DNA of 64,000 nucleotides from Candidatus Oxydemutatoraceae bacterium (GTDB lineage Bacteria; Pseudomonadota; Gammaproteobacteria; Poriferisulfidales; Oxydemutatoraceae): NCBI GenBank assembly GCA_965220085.1, contig CBDCOZ010000003.1, positions 1,440,001 to 1,504,000 of the forward strand, read 5' to 3'. Shown piece by piece: positions 57,850 to 64,000 of this stretch (position 1 is its first letter; each line of letters starts with the position of its first letter). The notes under the pieces were generated by a model. It saw only the letters and a program-made list of their open reading frames with translations, ran no database searches and was not told where the DNA came from. The position numbers and the translations under genes were made by a program.

Positions 57850-58585
57850 GGTGTTGTTTATCGGATTGTTGCAACAGCAGCGATAACTCTTCGCAGCGGG
57901 TGTGGTATTTTTTCCCGCCTATGTTGCCGCGCATCAACTCAAAGCGCAGATAGACCAGATAGGTGTTGACCGCATCGATCTCACAGTAGTCGCAGATTTC
58001 CCGTATCTTGCCGGCCGCAAAGTGTTCCCATACGGCGGCGCCATCCATGCCTTGCTTGCCGGGCAGGCCGATCATCTTTGCAATCACATCCAGCGGCGCC
58101 GTCGCGCGCGCATCGTAAGCGGCCAGCACATCCATCAGGTCGATGTGCCGCCAGTGAAAGCGCGAGAGGTAATTGTTGAAGCGAAAGTCGCGGTCGCCGT
58201 CGCCGAGTTCCCAGTAGCGGCGGGCGCTGATGCCGTGTAGCAAGGCCCGATAGTGCAAGACGGGCAAGTCAAAGCGCGTGCCGTTCCAACTGACCAACTG
58301 CGGCGTGTAATGTTCCAGGCCGTTAAAAAAATCTTTGACGATATCGGCCTCATCGCCGCTCAAGGATTTGATCGTGATGTCGCGACCGGATACGAAGAGC
58401 ACGGATATCACCACGATTTTATGCAGATAGGGCGGCAAAAACGTATGTCCGCTCTTTTGGTATTGCAGTTGCTCCAACGCGCGCGCCACATCCTCGTCCG
58501 CCACCTTGTCCTCATCCAAGCCGTGCAAACGCCTCCCGCTTGCGATATCCGGAATCGTCTCAATGTCAAATACCAACATGCTCAT
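57800..58585 (-). CDS. Predicted 3'-5' exonuclease (PolB exonuclease-related, DEDD family)
   Basis: ExoI motif LVFDIETIPD, ExoII LVSWNG..FDLPVL, HIDLMDVL and ExoIII YCEIDAVNTY. The ATG overlaps the cysM stop (ATGA). Confidence 0.92.
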   Translation of the reverse strand: MSMLVFDIETIPDIASGRRLHGLDEDKVADEDVARALEQLQYQKSGHTFLPPYLHKIVVISVLFVSGRDITIKSLSGDEADIVKDFFNGLEHYTPQLVSWNGTRFDLPVLHYRALLHGISARRYWELGDGDRDFRFNNYLSRFHWRHIDLMDVLAAYDARATAPLDVIAKMIGLPGKQGMDGAAVWEHFAAGKIREICDYCEIDAVNTYLVYLRFELMRGNIGGKKYHTRCEELSLLLQQSDKQHLRDYADDWQYSPPQPG

Positions 58586-59475
58586 GCCGGCCACACCCCG
58601 GTTGAAATATAGCGATCGCCGCGGTCGCATATGATCGCAACGACTATGCGTCCGGGCGCTTCGGCGGCGACGCGCAAGGCGACATCGACGCAGCCGCCGG
58701 ACGAGACGCCGCAAAAGATGCCTTCGCGCGCTGCCAACTCGCGCATCCGCGCCTCGGCTTGCTCGGTCGACACTTCGAGCACACGGTGCAGGCTCTTGGC
58801 GTCATAAATCTTCGGCAGATACTCGGTCGGCCACGCGCGGATGCCGGGGATGCGCGACCCTTCGCTGGGTTGCACGCCGATGATTTCAACATCGGCATTC
58901 CGCTCGCGCAGGAAACGCGACACCCCCATCACCGTCCCCGTCGTTCCCATGGAACTGACAAAATGGGTCAGGCGCCCGTCGCACGCCCGCCAAATTTCGG
59001 GAGCGGTCGTCGCATAGTGCATATCGGGGTTATCGCTATTGGCAAATTGGTCGAGCACCCTGCCCTTGCCTTCGGCTTGCATCGCATGCGCCATATCGCG
59101 CGCCCCTTCCATGCCGCTCTCGGCGCCGACCAGAATGATTTCCGCGCCGTAAGCCTTCATGCAGGCGCGCCGCTCGGCGCTCATGTTTTCCGGCATGATC
59201 AAAATCATGCGATAGTCTTTGATCGCCGCCGCCATCGCCAGCGCGATGCCGGTGTTGCCGCTGGTCGCTTCAATCAGCGTATCGCCGGGCTTTATCTCCC
59301 CCCTTTTCTCGGCGGCATCGATCATGTTGAATGCCGGGCGGTCTTTGACCGAACCGGCGGGATTGTCGCCCTCCAGTTTTGCCAACACGGCGCTGCCGGC
59401 GCCCTCGGCCATCCGCTGCAAACGCACCAGCGGCGTATTGCCGATGCAATCGGCTATGGTCGGAAATTCTTTCAT
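58582..59475 (-). CDS. cysM: Cysteine synthase B
   Basis: Motifs IGNTPLVRLQR, KLEGDNPAGSVKDR (PLP lysine), EATSGNTGIALA, SSMGTTGT and ICDRGDRY. Confidence 0.96.
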   Translation of the reverse strand: MKEFPTIADCIGNTPLVRLQRMAEGAGSAVLAKLEGDNPAGSVKDRPAFNMIDAAEKRGEIKPGDTLIEATSGNTGIALAMAAAIKDYRMILIMPENMSAERRACMKAYGAEIILVGAESGMEGARDMAHAMQAEGKGRVLDQFANSDNPDMHYATTAPEIWRACDGRLTHFVSSMGTTGTVMGVSRFLRERNADVEIIGVQPSEGSRIPGIRAWPTEYLPKIYDAKSLHRVLEVSTEQAEARMRELAAREGIFCGVSSGGCVDVALRVAAEAPGRIVVAIICDRGDRYISTGVWPA

Positions 59476-59597
59476 TGCGGTTTACCTCCGGCTTCGCTCC
59501 CGCATAGGGGCATCATCTTCGTATCCGCGGGGATTCAACAAAGCGCTCCCGCCGGACAAAGCGTCCATTATACTCCCGTTGCGCGCCGCCCTGCGCA

Positions 59598-60527
59598 TTA
59601 TGCGCCGGGCTCTCGGCCCTCAAGCGGGCATATGTCGGCGAGCGCATCCGCCCCCGCGATACACATCAGGACTCTGTCAATTCCGATTGAAACGCCGGAT
59701 GATTCCGGCAAGGGTCGCGCCCGCAACAGCGACGCGAAACCGCTATCGGCGGCGACCGTCGCAAGCCCCAAGCGGCGGCGCGTCCGATTGTCATTCTCTG
59801 CCCGCCGCAAGTATTCGTCGGCGGTGTTTATCTCGCGATAGCCGTTGGCGAGCTCCGTGTCGCGATAAAAGATTTCAAAGCGCTCGGCGCGTTTTGCCGA
59901 GTTGATTTTGGCAAAAGACGCCTGTTGCGCAGGGAACTCCTTTATCGCATACAGCCGATTTTGGCCGCAGCATTTGCCAATCATGCGTTCAAACAAAAAG
60001 TCCAAGGCTTCGTGCCGCGCGCCGCAAGCGCTCAGACCGAGGTCGGATGCCAGCCGCATCAACGCGGCATCATCGCAAGCAAACGGATCGAGGGCAAAAC
60101 ATTCTTCAAACGCCGTTTGATATGTCCTTACATGCGGTTTGAGCGCCGATAACCGCGGCGTCAGCAACTCGCCGAGCAATTCGTTTGCCTCGGCGAGCAA
60201 CTCCTCATAGGCCCGACCGATGCGATACCACTCCAGCATCGTAAATTCCGGACGGTGGCGACGCCCGCTCTCGCCGGCCCGAAACACCGGCCCGATCTGA
60301 TAGATATCGCCGCTGCCCCGGGCCAAAAGGGACTTCATCTCAAATTCGGGAGAGGCGCGCAACCATTTGCCGGATACCGGGAAACTGGCGGTTGAGAAGT
60401 CGCTTGCCGCAGCCGCTATCAGGCTCGGCGTCGTCACCTCCAGCGCGCCCCGCTCGGCAAAAAAGCCCCGTATCCGGTCGATGACACGGGCGCGCAAGCG
60501 CAATATATCGACGGTATGCAACGACAA
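59598..60527 (-). CDS. epmA: EF-P lysine aminoacylase
   Basis: Class II aaRS catalytic domain only (SPEF.MK, FRAGE..RRH.PEFTMLEWY, ERFE, ELANG, G.DR); directly downstream of efp. Confidence 0.93.
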   Translation of the reverse strand: MSLHTVDILRLRARVIDRIRGFFAERGALEVTTPSLIAAAASDFSTASFPVSGKWLRASPEFEMKSLLARGSGDIYQIGPVFRAGESGRRHRPEFTMLEWYRIGRAYEELLAEANELLGELLTPRLSALKPHVRTYQTAFEECFALDPFACDDAALMRLASDLGLSACGARHEALDFLFERMIGKCCGQNRLYAIKEFPAQQASFAKINSAKRAERFEIFYRDTELANGYREINTADEYLRRAENDNRTRRRLGLATVAADSGFASLLRARPLPESSGVSIGIDRVLMCIAGADALADICPLEGREPGA

Positions 60528-60529
60528 GC

Positions 60530-61099
60530 TTATTTGCTGCGACCGACATACTCGCCGGTGCGCGTATCGATCTTCAGCACATCGCCTTGCCCGACGAACA
60601 ACGGCGCTTTGAGCGTCGCCCCGGTCTCCAGAGTGACCGCCTTGCCGGCGCCGCCGGCGGCGGTATCGCCGCGCACGCCCGCTTCGGTCTCGGTCACTTT
60701 CAACTCGACAAAATTCGGCGGTACGACCGTGATGACGTCGCCGTTATAGAGCGTGACAGAGCATTCGCTCTGCTCGCGCAACCAATTCGCGACATCGCCG
60801 ACAACCGCTTTTGCGACCGCGTATTGCTCATACGTAGCGTTGTCCATGAAATGCCACTCATTGCCGTCGTTATACAAATAATTGACCCGCATCTCTTGCA
60901 CATCGGCGGCTTCCAAACTGTCGCCGGATTTGACGGTCTTCTCAACGACGCGCCCGGTCAGCAGGTTCTTCAGCCTGATGCGATTGAAAGCCTGCCCTTT
61001 GCCGGGCTTTACAAATTCGTTTTCAAGAACTTCGCACGGCGCGCCATCGGATAAAACTTTCAAGCCGCCCTTCAATTCGCTGGTACTATATTCAGTCAT
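60530..61099 (-). CDS. efp: Elongation factor P
   Basis: Motifs [28 protein letters not shown] and [10 protein letters not shown]. Start trimmed to MTEYSTSE. Confidence 0.98.
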   Translation of the reverse strand: MTEYSTSELKGGLKVLSDGAPCEVLENEFVKPGKGQAFNRIRLKNLLTGRVVEKTVKSGDSLEAADVQEMRVNYLYNDGNEWHFMDNATYEQYAVAKAVVGDVANWLREQSECSVTLYNGDVITVVPPNFVELKVTETEAGVRGDTAAGGAGKAVTLETGATLKAPLFVGQGDVLKIDTRTGEYVGRSK

Positions 61100-61124
61100 G
61101 ATTAATCTCTCGGTGGTTACGGAT

Positions 61125-62114
61125 ATGACGGCAAATGATAACGATACTTCGGCAAACTGGCAACAACAAATGCGCGAGGCGGTCGACGATAACAAACGGT
61201 TGCTGCGGCTGTTGCGCCCAGACTCCGCCGCCGCGCCGCCGCTTGCGGCGAGCGGCTTCGCGCTCAAAGCCCCGCAAGCGTGGTTGCGGCGCATACGACC
61301 CGGCGTCGCCGACGACCCGTTATTGCGACAAATCCTGCCGCTGGCGGAAGAGAACGCGGCGCGCGCCGGCTTCGGCAAAGACCCGGTCGGCGAAGCGGCG
61401 GCGCATGCAAACGGCGGCATCATCCGCAAATACCGCCGCCGCGCCTTGCTGATCACAACCGCCGTCTGCGCCATCCATTGCCGCTATTGCTTTCGCCGCC
61501 ATTTCCCCTATCGGGAGCACAGCATTGCCGGCCGGCTCGATGCGGCGATCGCGACGATTGCAAACGATAACGACATCGAAGAAGTCATCTTGAGCGGCGG
61601 CGACCCGCTGAGCTTGTCCAACGCGAAACTGTTTGAACTCTGTCGCCGGCTTGAAGCGATTGCGCATGTAAAAAGACTGCGCATACACAGCCGCCTGCCC
61701 GTCGCCATACCCGATCGCATTGACGACGCATTCGCGCGCTGGAGCAAAGACCGCCCGAAGCCGTATGTGCTGGTGTTGCACATCAACCACCCGCAGGAGA
61801 TTGATGATGCCGTACGGCAAGCGGCGATGCGGCTGCGCCACTGGCCGTTGCTGAATCAAGCCGTGCTCCTGCGCGGCGTCAACGATGATGCGGACAGCCT
61901 GATCGGGCTGAGTTTGCGTTGCTTTGATGCCGGCATCATGCCGTATTACCTGCACCTGCTGGACCGCGTCGAGGGCAGCGCGCACTTTGAAGTGAAGGCC
62001 GACGCCGCGCGCCGTTTGATGCGCGCGATCAGCGCCGAGTTGCCCGGCTATCTGGTGCCGAAACTGGTGCGGGAAAGCGCGGGGGAAAGCGCCAAATCCA
62101 TCGTCGCCTATTGA
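61125..62114 (+). CDS. epmB: EF-P beta-lysylation lysine 2,3-aminomutase (radical SAM)
   Basis: Motifs [38 protein letters not shown] and [10 protein letters not shown]; divergent from efp. Confidence 0.95.
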   Translation: MTANDNDTSANWQQQMREAVDDNKRLLRLLRPDSAAAPPLAASGFALKAPQAWLRRIRPGVADDPLLRQILPLAEENAARAGFGKDPVGEAAAHANGGIIRKYRRRALLITTAVCAIHCRYCFRRHFPYREHSIAGRLDAAIATIANDNDIEEVILSGGDPLSLSNAKLFELCRRLEAIAHVKRLRIHSRLPVAIPDRIDDAFARWSKDRPKPYVLVLHINHPQEIDDAVRQAAMRLRHWPLLNQAVLLRGVNDDADSLIGLSLRCFDAGIMPYYLHLLDRVEGSAHFEVKADAARRLMRAISAELPGYLVPKLVRESAGESAKSIVAY

Positions 62115-62156
62115 TGAGGCAATCGCGCCGCCGTCGCCGTCGGCGCGGCGCAACGG

Positions 62157-63044
62157 TTACTCGGGAAGGCGAACGGCTTGCAACGCTTTGATTCGGGCTT
62201 CCAGCGGCGGGTGGCTCGCAAACAACTTGCGGAAACCGCCGCCGAACTTTCCGGAGATGCCAAAAGACGCAAACTCGTCGGGCAGGCTTTCGGGCTCGCT
62301 CATCTTTTGCAGACGGCGCAATGCCGCAATCATCTTGTCGCGTCCCGCCAATGCCGCGCCGCCGTAGTCGGCGCGAAATTCGCGCCGGCGCGAGAACCAC
62401 ATCACGATCATAGACGCCAGAATGGACAGGATGATCTGGGCGATGATTACGGCGACAAAGTAGCCCGGGCCATAGCCGCGCGACTTGAAGACCACGCGAT
62501 CGACAAAGTGACCGATGACGCGCGAGAAGAAAATGACGAAGGTATTAATGATGCCCTGTATCAGAGCGAGCGTGACCATATCGCCATTGGCGACATGGCT
62601 GATTTCATGACCGAGCACCGCTTCCACCTCGTCTTTTTCCATGCCGTTTAGCAAACCCTGGCTGACCGCGACCAAGGCCTTGTTGCGAAACATGCCGGTG
62701 GCAAAGGCGTTCGGCTGAGCCGACGGGAAGATACCGAGTTCGGGCATCTCAATGCCGGCATCTTGGGACTGGCGCGATACGATATCAAACAGCCAGCGCT
62801 CGGTCGCCGACGATGGCTCGGCAATGATCTTCACGCCCATCGACCGCTTCGCCATCGTCTTTGACAACGCCAAGGACACGAAGGAGCCGATCATGCCAAA
62901 CGCCGCCGAGAAGATCAGCAAGCCGGTTACGTTGATTCCGGCGCCGGTCTGATGCAACATATGCTCGACGCCGAGCACTGTCAGCGTGATATTCAGTATA
63001 AATAATATCGCGATGTTGGTCGCTATGAACAGCAGTATTCTCAT
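62157..63044 (-). CDS. htpX: Membrane zinc protease HtpX
   Basis: Motifs MRILLFIATN, PNAFATG, HEISH (HExxH), FSRRREFRAD and SHPPLEARI. Confidence 0.97.
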   Translation of the reverse strand: MRILLFIATNIAILFILNITLTVLGVEHMLHQTGAGINVTGLLIFSAAFGMIGSFVSLALSKTMAKRSMGVKIIAEPSSATERWLFDIVSRQSQDAGIEMPELGIFPSAQPNAFATGMFRNKALVAVSQGLLNGMEKDEVEAVLGHEISHVANGDMVTLALIQGIINTFVIFFSRVIGHFVDRVVFKSRGYGPGYFVAVIIAQIILSILASMIVMWFSRRREFRADYGGAALAGRDKMIAALRRLQKMSEPESLPDEFASFGISGKFGGGFRKLFASHPPLEARIKALQAVRLPE

Positions 63045-63082
63045 CTCATCAATCCTCTGTAAATATGCTTTGGCACAAGGGG

Positions 63083-63109
63083 TTATGGAAATTATATATG
63101 CATGTCAAG
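63083..63109 (-). promoter_or_regulatory. Candidate sigma32-type promoter of htpX
   Basis: Minus strand reads CTTGAC-N13-TTCCATAA about 40 nt upstream of htpX. It resembles the RpoH consensus, and htpX is an RpoH-regulon gene in E. coli. Confidence 0.4.
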
Positions 63110-63351
63110 AATCTGTGTGATGCCATGACATATCTGGCGCCCGGCATGGGGCAAAGATTGCGGGTGTCACGGGCGCTTGACGCTTCGGGCCGCAGTGTGA
63201 TTCCTTCGCGGGGGCGGAACCATGAGATGGCGACGGTCTTGACGATGCTCATCTGGCGCTCCCCTCGCGGGGGGCAAAACCATGGCGGATACTGTGTCCG
63301 ACAATCATTGAATGTCCGCGGGTCGGTCAGCGACAAACCCGCTTCAAATTC

Positions 63352-63724
63352 CGCAAACAGTTAACAATTTGCAAACAACTCAAGAAGTCACAAACAGCTA
63401 AGCGCTATTTGTGCTCTGTGAAAAAGCCACAAACAGTTTATGGAACGCAAACAGTGATGGAACGCAAACAATAATATTGTTTGTGCTCTTATATCGTTTG
63501 TGCTCCATGAAAAATCCACAAACAACTTAAGGAACCACAAACAATAATATTGTTTGTGCTCTTATATCGTTTGTGCTCCATGAAAAATCCACAAACAACT
63601 TAAGGAACCACAAACAATAATATTGTTTGTGCTCTTATATCGTTTGTGCTCTTACTACTGTGCCTCATTAAACAATTCACAAACAACTGAGTGTTGTTTG
63701 TGCCTCATTAGACGTTGTTTGCGC
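63352..63724. repeat. AT-rich array of ~20 RCAAACA/TGTTTGY boxes containing a 73-bp tandem repeat (x2.5)
   Basis: Boxes occur every ~15-22 bp in both orientations. Exact 73-bp units start at 63465, 63538 and 63611. Contains the palindrome CACAAACAATA-A-TATTGTTTGTG. Confidence 0.9.
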
Positions 63725-63765
63725 ACATGCCCGGCATCCTGCCTCGCCCCTTTGTGCGCCCGCGA

Positions 63766-64000
63766 CACTCCCCTCGCGAGAGAGTCGCAGAGTCCGCTAT
63801 GACTCCGGGCTTTTTTTGAAAGTCGCAGAGTCCGAACCGCGGGCGAAGGCGGTAGCGTCGGTTGGCGCTGCTATCGCAGCGGGCCTTCCAGGAAGATGCG
63901 CAACCGCAGGTTGATGTCGGCGGACACGCACGTATTCGTCGCCTCGTCCAATACCAGCGGCGCGTCGCACGAAACAAAATCAACGCACACTCCCTCGCGA
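63766..64000. repeat. REP/MITE-like GC-rich hairpin repeats
   Basis: CACTCCC(C)TCGCGA at 63766 and 63988, AGTCGCAGAGTCCG at 63783 and 63821, and related CC(C/T)TCGCGGGGG...AACCATG copies at about 63203 and 63260. Confidence 0.5.

Noticed and set aside
63049-63364. Small ORFs of 95-99 aa upstream of htpX
   Set aside because: They have no recognisable motifs and overlap the putative htpX promoter and REP-like repeats.
63465-63651. CRISPR array (73-bp period with palindrome)
   Set aside because: The would-be spacers are identical and themselves contain the box motif. No cas genes are in the window.

Overview
GC-rich chromosomal segment, most likely from a gammaproteobacterium (carA-carB-greA, map-dapD-dapE, cysM, epmA-efp-epmB, htpX). 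About 45.5 kb is one uninterrupted minus-strand ORF encoding a ~15,100-aa surface or adhesin-like protein. It has 19 GLUG-like beta-solenoid modules with DxDxDG loops, plus FN3, cadherin, cadherin-like and He_PIG/Ig domains, arranged as ~1.4 kb repeats followed by ~4.4 kb super-repeats. It has an N-terminal signal peptide and a short C-terminal tail (IRLRLRIFLEGPLR) that matches no secretion signal I recognise. The AT-rich left end holds a HincII-type restriction-modification locus with a controller (C) gene. Other oddities: a tRNA-Ile/tRNA-Ala pair with no rRNA genes around it, three short tandem duplications (102 bp x2, 115 bp x3, 73 bp x2.5), and an AT-rich array of about 20 RCAAACA boxes upstream of htpX. 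All assignments come from reading the sequence and from remembered family motifs. No searches were run.
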